Shown: positions 1-12,519, counted from the stretch's first letter. The stretch is 64,000 bases of DNA from Mesotaenium endlicherianum (GCA_009602735.1 WELA01003378.1:189712-253711), one strand, 5' to 3'. Made by a program: numbers and translations. Notes: a model not told the origin generated them from the sequence alone.

Positions 1-1411
1 GCAGGCTGAAGATGAAGAACAGAGGAGAATCAGCAGCTACCGCTACACAGTGCTGGGCAAGGGCTTTGATCTGCTAGAGGAGGCCTTCAAGTATGCCCAG
101 AGAAGTCGCAGTGAGTCGCAAACGGAAATCCTCCTGAAGGAAGGGGAGACATCCGAGAACTTTGACAAGTATATAGAGGTCAGCACAGGGCTCCTCCTCT
201 ACCACGATTACGCCAGGATGGTAGGATATACGGTCAAAGAGGCCAAGGCAATGGCCCAGGTGGACGAAGCAGGGGCTGTCTCGATTCCTGGTATCTGGGG
301 GGAGGATAGGGTCATCAGGATGATCCCCATGGACGCGGACAGCTTCAAGGACTCAACACCCCAGAACAGGTTCAAGGCCATGTACAATGAGGTGGAGAGG
401 AGGAGCTGGGAATTCTTGGCCAGGGAAACAAGTCAGCTGGACTTTGCAGGGCACTGGTACCCTTGAACTCTTAAAAAGACAGACGCTGCCTTCTTCCAAA
501 AGCCCACTGATTGGCAGTGGATGACCATCAACATGGGGGACCAGCAGAATGAAAGGGCGACAGAAGAGGATTTCTTGACAGACCTAAAGGGGAACATAGT
601 ATTGCCCCCTCACATTGCGGCTTGGGACCCACGATTGGATGGAGTCAGAGACTGCATGAGCCAAGAGATGTAGGGGGACAGAAGCAGGGCCCGAGAATCA
701 TTCTCCAAAGGGAAGCACGCTTATGCCAAATGGGCAAGTAAGCAGGGGGAAAAGGACCTCTATGCGGTCCGGACTCAGCAGCCCCCACCAGCACCCAAAA
801 GTGGAAGGTCAGTAGGATATTCTTTTTCTCGGGAAGAGCTGGAGCAGCTGACAGAAGAGACCCCAGAAGTCTCAGAGGAACCCGGGGGCGGCGAGGAGGA
901 GGAGTCAGAGGAAGACGAGGAGGAAGGCGAGGCGCAGGACACTAGCCCCGCCGTGATCCTGACACCTGCCACATCCCCTGTAAGGGGGAACACGGGGTTG
1001 GCCCTGCAGCAACTTGCTGAAGAGGAGGATATCACTTGGCTGGGGACTGCCAGAGGACAAAGCCCATCTCCAGGCAAGGAGACCCAGTCAGAAAGGGCAG
1101 ACAGGAGGGCTGCTCGGGAGATAGCCAGAGGCCTGCCAGCATCTCCCTCGCAGAGAGGGCATGTACCCTTGGCTCATGTCATGCAACATCCTTCTGGGAT
1201 GCCGGTATACGTACCTGTCAGTTTGAGGGCTGCCCAGGAGAAGGCTGCCTCCCTTCAGTTTCAGACTGTGCAGGAGGAAACAGCCCAGTTATTGCGTTCT
1301 CCGCTAGGTCCTTACACGGAATCTCCTTCTCTGACAGGCTTCAGAAGACCCCAAGACAGGAGGAGGTCTGGCTCCCCTGAGTATAGGGCCTCAGGGACAT
1401 CTTCCTCCTAA
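1..1411 (+). pseudogene. Family A extra (post-pol) ORF, 5'-truncated by the window, with in-frame stops
   Basis: Translation (LGKGFDLLEEAFKYAQR...RGHVPLAHVMQHP) is near-identical to 49399-51096; stops at 464-466 and 671-673. Confidence 0.85.
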
Positions 1412-1483
1412 GGGCAGGAGGCTGGGGACAAGAGGGACAGCACGCTGTTATTAGTGTTAGTGTTGTCGAGGCGACAACATGAT

Positions 1484-1524
1484 AAGTTGGAGGGATTGTA
1501 ATGAATCAGTATATTGGTTGACAT
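1484..1524 (+). mobile_element. Family A polypurine tract and first ~28 nt of a 3' LTR, truncated
   Basis: AAGTTGGAGGGAT (1484-1496) then TGTAATGAATCAGTATATTGGTTGACAT; the sequence then switches to family B 3' sequence. Confidence 0.85.
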
Positions 1525-2839
1525 CTGACTTGAAGGTGTTGACTAGTCTGCCTTCACATGTGTAAGACCTGACTTGACGCGCCGAGACGTCGCTTTTTTT
1601 GGCGGGGGGATGATGTAGTGATTTGAGTTATTATGTATTAGTTTGCATATATTTTAATATTTTCAAATATATTTGGAGTAATATTGTGTGGATTCAAGTG
1701 TGAATAGGTACTCTAGTGACTTGGTTCATGTCCTTTGAACCTTCTAAGGCATTTTTGAAGTTAGAGGAAAGACCTAGAAGCACTCCACGTGGCAAAAGTC
1801 AAATGTGCCATTTTAGGTCAAAAGAACATGTGTACATTATTCTAAAAGGAGGTGGCAAGTTTGGGATGTGTTGGGTGCTGTAATGAATCAATATATTGGT
1901 TGACATAATATTCATTTAAATAATATAGTTAAATAAGTTCAGCCTGCTGAACTCTAGTTAATGATCAGTCTGCTGGACTTTATATTTAATATCAGTTGAA
2001 TGACTCGGCCGGAAGTAGCAGGCTGAGGTCACCTTAAGTCAGCTTGCTGACACATTCTTTGACAGCCAGCTGACTTCCGTACTCGGTAGCAGCGAATTGC
2101 CCCGATATGCATCTAAGTGTGGTATGCTAGATGAATGGCCAAATGACATCCCTATGATGGATGGCGATTCGGGATGATGGGAGATGGCGGTGGATTTGGT
2201 TAACCGAGGTCCTACCAACGTGGTTAACTCTCGGGTAGGCGGTGCCATCGCACTGACCGTTGAACAGTAAACTCATTCTATGTACATATGCTAGGCATTG
2301 CTCTCGAGTTCGGCATTCGGAAACGAGGCCAACTCTCTTGTACAGCTTACTGAGAGAGATCTGAATCCAAGGCGAGAAGCCATTGATACGCACTGTCTTC
2401 TAACCTTGCTTATGTATGAGTTTACTGATTGCATTATTGATGCTAGTTTACTCGCATTTGACTTACGAGTGTTGTTCACTGCTAGTGTGTTGTCCTTTTG
2501 CCGTTTAATCAGTTAACGGATAATCCATAAAGATTACTTGCTGATATAAAGATCTTTATTAATTGTTAATCGCTTATTTTGTAAGTCGATTCATTTCAGG
2601 TGCCAACACATCAACATACACCTTCCTAAAAATTACTTATTTAGCAAGTATATAAACAAGAGCTAGAGCATAGAAAGACATTCGAGAATCACTCTTGTAC
2701 TTGCCAAAATCCAGAAATATATTAAATTCCAAGAAGCCATCTCTCTTTCAAGAAGCTACCACTTGTGTTCAAAGATCCTTGTCTTGAATAGATAAAGTAT
2801 TATATTTCACTAAGTACTTCATCTATCTGTTTCACTACA
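1525..2839 (+). mobile_element. Family B 3' end remnant: 3' UTR, PPT and 3' LTR (1614-2839, interrupted by a solo LTR)
   Basis: Matches 45295-45889; LTR termini TGTAGTG...TTTCACTACA; G-run PPT just before 1614. Confidence 0.9.
1879..2598 (+). mobile_element. Family A solo LTR (720 bp)
   Basis: TGTAATGAATC...ATTCATTTCA flanked by 5-bp TSD GGTGC (1874-1878 and 2599-2603); no PBS or PPT adjacent. Confidence 0.95.
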
Positions 2840-2869
2840 ACGCCCATTCCGTGGTTGCTTTCCCACGAG

Positions 2870-3810
2870 GAGATTACAGTGTTAGACTTGTTTGCGGTAG
2901 TGTCCTCTACAACGGTTGGTCTACTGTAGAGTGGACCCTGTATTGCGCACTATTATCTCTGCGAAGTCAATCCCATTGCACAACTTGCAAGTCAAACGCA
3001 CCTGGCTGCTCCACACCTTGCCTTCCCCACCTTGCTCCCTACATCCGCATATGCCACAACCTATTTTGCACTACGCCACGATATTTGACTCCTACAACAA
3101 GATCACTTGCTTGCCATAGGTCCACTCCACCTTGTCGTCGGCGGTTGGGAGTGTGAGGGTCTTTCTCAGGCTGGTAGCGGCAAGGGGCTTGCCGATCCCC
3201 GTTCCCAATTATTTTATGAGCTGGTTTGGGTCTAAGGTCTCCTTCAGACTTCCCATTCCTCTTCGCTTGCATACTTGCTCAAAAATGTTAAATCCACGGA
3301 TGATGCTCGTGCTCCCATCCGTGCTGACTTCCGCACCATCGCCTCCATTCTGGGGCCCGGTGTTACCCTCGATGCCGCTGCTGTTGGGTCTTACGCCCAC
3401 CATTTGCGGGTGTTTTGGCAAAATTTTGTGCCTCACACTACCCTTGAGCCTATCCTTCACCACATACACTCGCACCCTCCTCGCATCACCGTTTCCTCCA
3501 TCCTGGTCCCTCACCGTTGCCCCATGGAAGTCAGTCGTCCCGACCACTCTTCTTTCTGTCAAGTCAATTTTCCTGGCCACCCTCGGGCCGCATTTCTTAC
3601 CCTCGTCAGCCGTCCCCACGCTTTTGCATTCCGTCACTATGGGCCTGGCATGTTGTTTGATTCCCACACCCTCCCATATGCTGAGCCCTCCCCGTCTAAA
3701 CACGAGCTCATTCTTGATTTTATTCCCCACGCCACTGCCTCTCCTTCCTTATCCTCCGCCCAGCAGTGCCACCTTCTTGGTTGAGTCATGGATATTCATG
3801 CTCTCACATA
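2870..3810 (+). pseudogene. DNA (cytosine-5) methyltransferase domain within Gypsy pol (family E)
   Basis: One frame with several stops reads ITVLDLFA (I), YYLCEVN (II), HDI (III), LVVGGWECEGLSQAG...GLADPRSQLFYEL (IV/V), YLLKNV (VI, degenerate ENV), LDAAAVGSYAHHLRVFWQN (VIII), EPSPSKHELILDF (IX), QQCHLLG*VMD (X). Confidence 0.85.
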
Positions 3811-3994
3811 GCTTTTCTCTGTCCTCCCTGTCCTCAATGCTCGGCTTCCTGACCCTTTCCTCCACATTCCAGCCTACCACTTACATGCTTTTGACTGGGG
3901 GGGGGGGGTTCCGTCAGAATTCTTTACGTCTGCATAGCACTTACAGTCCTCAGACCCCTCATCTGATACTTTCGCATCCAAACCTAAGGACGGC

Positions 3995-5236
3995 TGGGAT
4001 GTGGGTACACAATTAACTAAGGAGGAAACCTTACAATTCACTACAATGCTCGAGCGGAACAAGGCTGTTTTGCACGGTCAGTCATGGATTTAGGAAGGTG
4101 TACGGTATCCCAATTCAATTGATCTCACTACCACAGAACCGGTAATTCTGAGGGACTATTGGCACGCTAAAGTTGAACACGATATTATGCAAGAGAAAGT
4201 TACTGAGTTGTTAAAGGCTGATATAATTGAGAAGTCGATGTCGGATTTTGCGGCTCCCACTGTTATGCCTGCTAAAAAGGACGCAATGGGTGATTATACA
4301 TAAAAACATATGTGTGGGGATTATCGGGGACTTAACGCTGTTACGAAATTGGATCCCTATCCCATGCCCGTGCCCGAGGATATCTTTGATGTTCTTGAGG
4401 ACGCCAGCGTTTTTAGTGTGTTTGACCTGTGTCAGGGGTTCAACCAGATTCTTATTGATCCCAACGTTAAACATAAGACGGCCTTTTGGGCAAATCGTCA
4501 TTTGTACGAGTGGAAGGTCCTGCCGTTTGGGTTAAAGAACGCACCTGCACGTTTCCAGCGCATTATGGATTGAGTGCTTAGTGGGTTGCATTTCGCTCGT
4601 TGTTACATTGATGATGTGCTCATTTTTAGTCGTACGATAGAGGAACACTTGACACACGTGGAACAAGTCATGCAATGCTTGAGATCTGCGGGTTTGAAAT
4701 GTCATCCAGCAAAATGCATGATTGCAACCCTTTCAGTTCCTTACCTTGGTCACCATATTGTCCCCGGGAGGTTAACACCGCAACAAGTTAAAGTCGATGC
4801 TGTTTGCCGACTGCTAGTCCCGACTGATGTGTCTAGGTTGAGGGCCTACATGGGGATCATTGGGTATTATCGTCGTTTTTGCCCTGATTTTAGTGCGATT
4901 GCCGCGCCTTTAAATGAACTTCTAAAGAAGGATGTGCCTTGGGAATGGACTAGTGAACGTCAGGTAGCCTTTGACAAATTGAAGGACCTCCTCTCCTTTG
5001 CTCCTATCTTGCACAACCAGATTATAGTAAGCCATTCTCCCTTCACAGTGGATGGAGTCATCTTGGATTGGGGGCTGTGCTTGCTCACGAGGATGAGGAA
5101 GGTCATGAATATGTTGTCGCTTACGCTAGCCGTAATAACAATTATCCCGCACAAAATTAGCATTCATATGAAGGGAAACGTTTGGCTGCAGTTTGGGCTG
5201 TAGTGCATTTCCGCCCCTACCTCTATGGTACCCACT
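3995..5236 (+). pseudogene. Reverse transcriptase / RNase H (family E)
   Basis: MCGDYRGLN, DLCQGFNQI, LPFGLKNAPARFQR, CYIDDVLIFS, GYYRRF; TGA at 4571 and a frameshift near 5015; ends in RNase H VHFRPYLYGTH. Confidence 0.92.
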
Positions 5237-5956
5237 TGTAATGAATCAATATATTGGATAGATTTAGTACTCATTTAGATATAATAGTTTATATTTAGTA
5301 TGCTGGATTTAAGCGAGCTGGATACTTAATACTTAGTTAAATGACTCAGCCGAAAGCAGTAGGCTAAAGTCCAATAGGTCAGCCTATTGACTGGGGTCAG
5401 CTTGTTGACACATTCTTTGACAGTCAGTTAACTGTCGTACTCGGCAGCAGCGAACTGCCTAGCTACGCATCTAAGTGTGGTGTGCTAGATGAGTGGCCAG
5501 ATGACACCCTTAAGGTGGATGGCGGTTCGAGATGATGGGAGATGGCTGTGGATTTGGTTAGCCAAGGTCCTACCAACGTGGTTAACTCCAGGGTAGGCGG
5601 TGCCATCGCACTTGCCGTTGAACATTAAACTCATTCCATGTACATATGCTAGGTATTGGTCTCGAGTTCGGCATTCGAAAACGAGGCCAACTCTCCGTGA
5701 CTGCATATCGAGAGATATCTGAATCCAAGGAGAGAAGCCATTCATACGCACTGTCTTCTAGCCTTGCTTATGTATGAGTTTGTTGATTGCAATATTGTTG
5801 CTAGTTTACTTGCATTTGACTTGCGAGTATTGTTCACTGCTAGTGTGTTGTCTTTTGGTGTTGAATCAATTAATTGAAAATACCATAAATATAACTCGTT
5901 GATATAGAAATCTTTATTGATTGATAATCGCCTATTTGTAAGTCGATTTGTTTTAG

Positions 5957-5968
5957 TGGTATCGGAGC
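5957..5968 (+). promoter_or_regulatory. Primer-binding site (tRNA-iMet type) of A1
   Basis: TGGTATCGGAGC immediately after the LTR end. Confidence 0.9.
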
Positions 5969-7329
5969 AGTTATCACAGTAGTCGTGTATGGTAAGGACT
6001 AGGTCTCAAGCTAGCAACTCTCGGGAAATGGAGGGCGAGGACAATGATAACATTGTAGAAGGGCAAGACGAAAGTCGCGTCTTTGGACCCCGTACCTACT
6101 TGGAAACGCTGTACAATGCAGGAGCTAGAGAAGCTGCTGAGCAGGCAGCAGCTCTTGCTGCAGTAGCGGCCCTGCTGGCAGAGGATGAGCGTTTAGCCAA
6201 AGAGGTAGAGGAGGCAGTAAACAAGAGGGCTCCTGATGAAAGGACGGTGAAAGAGCAGATGGCAGAAAGGGCCAATCTCCGAAACCAATCTCCTGCTGTG
6301 CCCATTGTCATACCTCTCGCTCAAATTCGCAGACAGGTAAGCGCAACAAGCATAGCCGGGACAGTAGCAATCGGGAATGCTGAAGCTGCTACTAATCGAG
6401 CTAATGTTGCTGCTGCTGCGTTTGCTGGGCTACCACTTCAGAATGTAGATTTGGGAGCATTATTTGTGCAGATGCAATCACAATCGGCGAGCATGTATCA
6501 GTCCCAACAGGAGGACAAAAGGATCATGATGGCATTGCTGCGTGACAGAGACCAGCTCGATTGTCAAATAACTGGTGGTGGTGGCAGAGGGCCTAGTAAG
6601 CCTAAGCCAAACTTCCCCAGGACTATGATCCTGAGGGAAACAAAAAGTAATACGTGATGAAGTTTCTCGCCCTAGTTTAAAGGTTCGTATACGGCGTACA
6701 CGTGTGGGCGTACAGGTTATTCGTACAATACGTGATGACTGATTCAAACCGGCAATATTCGTCGAACTACGTTGGTGTCGGTCATTAAAATCGTTTTTCA
6801 TTTTTAAAACGTGTGTGGCCGACACCCTTGCGCGAGCCTTTTAAAAGTTTTTCAATTCGGTCCGTCAGAGTCCAGTCATCGCATCACACGTTTTGTGTTT
6901 CACGGAAGACCGTCGTGGCACTAGTTAAGCTAACGGCCGTGCTGATAACGTCGTGCCTTCGTAGCTTAGCAGCCGGCCATGTCTGGCTTCAACACTTCAA
7001 AAAGATGAACCTAGCGGGAAAAGGAACCAAAAGTTAGAACTCGTGTTTCCTTCCCGCTCCACCAAATGTGTGTTCTTCTAACTTTGTTACTCGCGTATCC
7101 AACAGGATACGTATTTTACCACACTTATCTGTCCCCTGTCCAATCACAGAGGGAAGGGAGTTGCTTACAGCAGCATTAGTGGTAGTATCCGCTTACTGAC
7201 AAGCCGCGTACGAATGCATCTGGTAAGGAGTCTCAGCCGAAACTCATACCTCACGTTGAACGCTGTATCTATTACTGCTTTATGGATTTGAGGATCCTCA
7301 CTCTTACTTAGCTCTTCTCATATCCTGCA

Positions 7330-10300
7330 ATGTCTGAACAGGACGTAGACGACATTTATTCAAGTCAATTCGACGACGAGGAGGAATGTGAGCTAGTTAC
7401 TCCCTGCATCACTTCTTGCTTGACATCGGCTGAGAAGGGCAAAACCAACGTCTACCCGATTCTACCCTCAGAGCATGACCACGTTCATAAGGTAGACAAG
7501 CGTGATTCCCCAGGTGCCTACCAAAATAATTGTACGTATTGTGGCCGTATCAACTTGGGAGGTGCATTTAGAATTAGGTACCATTTGGGGTGTGTTCAAG
7601 GGCAAGGAATCGCAGGCTGTCCTCAAGTTCCATCCAACGTTCAGGCTTTCTTTGCTGCCCAGTGCTATGAGAATGATAGGTCTAGATCTTACAAAGTTCC
7701 TCTTGCTCAAATGAAGCTTCTGCAAAAGCGTTCACGTCATGAGCGGACTATGGAGCAGCTGGCATTTGAGAAAGAAATGAAGAGGAGCGGCAATCTTTGC
7801 CCTTCCTTTTCCTCTGGAGGATCTGCTAAAGGTTTTGGTAGGCAAACTGACCTCCCTAAGGTATGGAAACCATGTTTCCGTGATCTAGCAGATCATGCAA
7901 TTGCCAAGTGGTTTTATGCCAATGGCATATCGTTTAATGCTGCCAATTGTGCGTCCTATGGACTCATGCTGGACTCCATATCCCGTGCTGGGCCTAACTA
8001 CTCTGGACCCCAAATGTGGCACCTAAGGACAAAGCTTCTGGATCGGGAAATGGTATGTTGTGACATCGAGCTTCGCCAATTCATGGAGAAGCTAAAAGTC
8101 ACAGCCTGTGTCATATGCTCCAATGGCTGGTAAGTCTTCTGCTACTGCTGCTGCATTGTAGCTTTGCTTTGCTGTTGCTGCTGCTGCTGGCCTGTTGCTT
8201 ACTTTGCTTGTGCTTGCGCTTGTGCTTCTGCTGGTTTTCTCTGCTGCTGTACTCATATATTATGTGCCCTAGGGTTGTGTGCTAGTAGATTGGTTTGCTA
8301 ATCTGCTGCTGCTGTTGTTGTGCTGCTGTGTTGCTGTTGTATTTACCTTATTCTTACCTCGCCTTCTTTTTTCGTGCCTAATAATTTGTTTTTTATTCAT
8401 GTACAGGACCGACATCACCAAAAGACCAATCATCAACTCCATTGTTGTGACTTCCATGGGTGAAAAAATGGTGAAGGCGGTCAACTGTGACGGCAAGTTC
8501 AAGAGTGGCAAGTTTATCGCCAAATGCTTTGAGGAGGTCATAGCAGAGATTGGTGCAGAGCATGTTCTCATGATATGCACAGATTCTGCTAGAGCATGCA
8601 AGAATGCAGGTATGTCCTTTTGTCTTTTTACTTTACTATATCGCGATGTTGTATTGCAAGTATGGAGGCCTGGTTTTGCGTAGTTGTGTTGCTTTGCTTG
8701 CTTTATTTCTATGCTGTGTTGGTGTGAGGCTAATTCTCTTGTGCTGCTGTCACAGAGCTGTGCAATCTAGTGTCAGCTGCTGTGATGCTACTCATTCTTC
8801 CGTGTGCTGTTGCTGTCATGCTGTGGAAGGTAGACTCATAGGAGCTAAGTACCCTGCCATTACGTGGAGTGCGTGTGCGGCACACGGCTTGGACCTCATG
8901 TTGGAAGCTATCGTGAAGATTGATTGGGTTCAACAAACTGTGGAGCGGGCGAGGAATCTTGTGAAATTCATCAGGAACCACCACAAGCCTCTATCTCTCT
9001 GTCGTGAAGAAGGCCAGTTGGAGCTCAAATTACCTAACGCGACGCGATTTCTTACCTCCTTCATCCTCTTGGAGCGGCTGAATAAAGTATGCATTCAACT
9101 TATGAAGCGATGCTTGTGCTGACCTCATGCATGCTACTCACACTACATTTAGCAAAGGGCCTCCACGTTGCTTTAATGTGCTTTTGCTTGTGTTGCTGCT
9201 GTAGTTCAGTAAGTGCTGCTTTGAGGTGCTAATGTTCTGCTGTTGGCTTGATATGGTGTGCTGCTGTGATGTGTCTGCTGGCTCTCTCTCTGTCGTGCTT
9301 GCTGTCTTGGGTGGTTAGCTGGTTTGTTGTGCTGCTGCTTTTCTCTCCTCTCCTTTGTCTCTCTTCTCACTCTCTCTCTCCCTCTCTCTCTTGCTTGCCT
9401 TCTTGGCTCGTTTCTGGTCTGTTGGTCTGCTGGTCTTCACTCTCCTCTCCTCTCCCTCCCCTCTCACTCTCTGGCTGGTTTTCTATTTTGCTCGTCTGCT
9501 GGTTCTCTCTCTCCTCTCTCCTCTCTCTCTGTCGCTTGCTTGTTGGCTGCTCTCTTGGTTCTCCTCTCCTTTCTCTCTCTCCTCTCTTTTGCTCGTATGC
9601 TCGGCTGGTTTGCAGGTCTGCAGGTTTGCTGGTTGTCACTCTCCTCTCCTTCCTCTCTCCTCTCCTCTCTCCCTTTCCCTCTCTCTCACTCCCTTGCTTG
9701 CTCGCTTGTCTAATCTGTTGGTTCTCCCTCCTATCTCTCCGCTCTTCTCTCTCTCCTCTCTCTCTTTCCCGCTTTCTTGGCTGGTCTGATGCTTTGCTGG
9801 TTGCTTCTCTCCTCTTCTTTCTCTCTCTCCTCTCCTCTCTCCTCTCTCCTCTTGCTCTTCTCTCCTCTCTCTCTGTCGCTTTTTTGCTTGGATGCTCTGT
9901 TTGTTCTCCTCTCTTCCCTCTCTCCCTCTTCTCTTCCTCGCTTGCTTGGCCGATCTGCAGGTCAGCTGGTTGTATCTCTCCTCTCATTCCTCTCTTTTCT
10001 TCTCTCTCTCTCTTTCTTCTATCTCTCTTTGGCAATCTCTCTCCCTCTTCCTGGCTTTGTTGGCTTGTTTTCAGGTTGGCAGTGTGATGGTTCTTACTTG
10101 GCTTGTTTTCTGTTCTGCTGGTTTGCTGGTCCTCTCTCTCCTCTCTCCCCTTCTCCTCTCTCCCCTCTCTTCTTGTCGCTTGCTTGCTTGGCCGCTCTGT
10201 TGGGTCTCTCCTTCCTCTCTTCTCGCTTGCTTGCTTGGCTGCTCTGTTGGTCCTGTCCTTTCTCTCTCCTCTCTCTTGCTCGCTTGCTTGGCTGGTCTGG

Positions 10301-12275
10301 AAGTATGCCGGACCTCTCTCCTCTCCCCTCGCTCTCTCTTTATCGCTTGCTTGCTTGGCTGCTGTGCTGGTTCTCCCCTCCTTTCTCTCTCCTCTCCCTT
10401 GCTCGCCTGCTTGGCTGCTCTATAGATCTGCTGGTTTTCTCTCTCCTCTCTTCTCTCTCCCCCTCCCTCTCACCCTCTTTTTTGCTTGCTTGCTTGTCTA
10501 GTCTGTTGGTTCTCCTCTCTCTCCTCTCTCCTCTCTCTCTCCTCTCTCCCTTGCTCGCTTTTTGGTCTGGTCTGCAGGTTTGCTCGTTGTCTATCTCCTC
10601 TCCTTTCCCTCTTTCGGAGTCTCTCCTCTCTGTTCTCTGGCTCTCTTTCGCCCTCTTGCTCAATTTCTTGGCTGATTTTGAAGTCTGGTGGTCTGCTGGT
10701 CCTCTCTCTCCCCTCTCTCCTCTTTCTCCTCTCTCTCTCTCTTGCTCGCGCTGTCGCCTGGTATTGACGCCTACTGGTGTGCTGGTCCTTTCTCTCCTCT
10801 CTCTCCTCTCTCCTCTCTCTCTCTCTCTTGCCCACGTTGTCGGCTGCTTCTGAAGTCTGGTGGTCTGCTGGTCCCGTCTCCTGTCACTCCTCTCTCCTCT
10901 CTCTCTCTCTTGCCCAAGTTGTCGGCTAGTTTTGAGGTCTGCTGGTATGCTGGTTCTTCTCTCTTGCTCGCTTGCTTGGCCGGTCTGCTGGTCTACTGGT
11001 TCTCTCTCCTCTCTCCTCTCTTTCTCTCCCCCTCTCTCTCCATTGCTTGCTTTCTTGGCTGGTTTGCAGGTCTGCTGGTCTGCTGCCTCTCTCTCCTCTC
11101 CTTTCTCTCTCTCTTCTCTGTCCCTCTCCCCCTCTCTCACTCTTGCTTGCTTTCTTCGTTGGTTTTCAGGTCTGCTGTTCTGCTGTTCTGCTGGTCTGCT
11201 GTTCTGCTGGCTCTCTCTCTCCTCTCTCTCCTCTCTTCCTCTCTCTCCTCACTCTCTCACTCTCTATTGCTATATTTTGTCCCGACTGTGTTGTTGTGCT
11301 TCTCCTTGTCGCCACTAATAGTGGGCTACATCTGTGTTCCTCGTGATACTGCAGGTGAAAGAGGGCTTGAAGTGCATGGTGGCCAGAGATGCTTGGACCC
11401 AGTGGAAGGACAAGCTCTCTCTTGATGAGTATGCGAAGTGCAACGAGCGTACTCAATGCATCAACGACCCCGTCGTTTGGAAGCAAGTGGAGAAGATCAT
11501 CAAGTTGGTGGAGCGGATCGTGCAGCTGCTTCGACTATGTGACGGGGTCCAGCTTGTCATTGGGCAGGTGTGGTGTAAGCTGTGTGACTACGTGAAGTTC
11601 ATCAAGAAGCTTCCTGGCTTTACCGCTGCGGAGAGGAACTTCTTTGTGGACCTTGTCCAAGATAGGTGGGACTTTTTTCACTCACCTATGCACGCAGCTG
11701 GCTATGTTTTGCACCCTCAATACCAGGACCATGCCCAGCATAGTGTGAAAGAGGTTAAGGCTGGGTGGAATTTGATTTTGGAGCGTTTGGTGCCTCACAA
11801 GGCTGACAGAAAGGTCATAAAGGAGCAGGTGAGGGTGTATCTGGCTAAGTAAGGAAGCTTTGCTGCTCCAGATGCTGATGATGATTGCACAGAACTTAGT
11901 GCTCCTGCATGGTGGCATGAGTATGGTTCTAGCACTCTTGAGCTGCAAGAGCTTGCCATTAAGGTCTTAGGCCTGTGTACGTCAGCGAGCTCTTGTGAGC
12001 GTAACTGGTCTGAGTATGACTTTGTGCATAACAAGAAGCGGAATCGTCAAACACAGGTTAGAGCTGTGAAGTTGGTTAACGTCCATTCCAACCTTCGCCT
12101 ATTGGAAGGCAAGAGGCGTGCGGGTAAAGAACCTGTGCCTGAGAGGTTCATTGAGGCTTACATTCAAGCAGAGGAGGGTGCTTTTGAGAATCCTGAAGAA
12201 GATGCACTAGATAGTGAGTCATGGCCCCTAGTAGAGGAGCCAGAATACTTCTCTAACGATGATCCATGTGAGTAG
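7330..12275 (+). pseudogene. hAT transposase (BED-like finger, DUF659-like core, C-terminal dimerisation domain); exons 7330-8129, 8407-8609, 8830-9086, 11355-12275
   Basis: CTYC...YHL...C; ICSNGW|TD; ICTDSA; CAAHGLDL; TRF; HAAGYVLHP; WWHEYG...ELQELAIKVL...SASSCERNWS. GT-AG introns keep phase. In-frame TAA at 11850-11852, and the usual DGW reads NGW. Confidence 0.92.
9250..11270 (+). repeat. Composite CT-rich microsatellite-like repeat in transposase intron 3
   Basis: (CT)n tracts alternating with TTGCTTGCTTGGCTGG and CTGCTGGT modules. Confidence 0.9.
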
Positions 12276-12459
12276 TAGCGTCGTACTTCACAGTTTAAAG
12301 TGCTCGCATATGTGAGGTCATTTAGGTTACTTTGCATTGACAGTGTAGGCTTTCATAGTCATTAGTTGAGTATTACTTTCATTACCATGTGGTGTAATAA
12401 TACCATTTTCCATAATTCTATGTACATAATTCCGACATTTTTTATAAATCCTCCATAAT

Positions 12460-12465
12460 TTGTCT

Positions 12466-12519
<54 letters not shown>

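Larger units (their letters stand above)
2840..5236 (+). mobile_element. Family E Ty3/Gypsy pol fragment (DNMT - linker - RT - RNase H), decayed
   Basis: Bounded by the family B LTR end (2839) and the family A LTR start (5237); contains C5-MTase motifs followed by RT motifs. Confidence 0.85.

Noticed and set aside
2039..2516. Short ORFs recurring in every family A LTR
   Set aside because: They recur because the LTR is repeated; no domain or evidence of coding constraint was seen.
3132..4016. 294-aa plus-strand ORF and 173-aa antisense ORF
   Set aside because: Shadow frames; the motif-bearing frame is the stop-interrupted DNMT frame.
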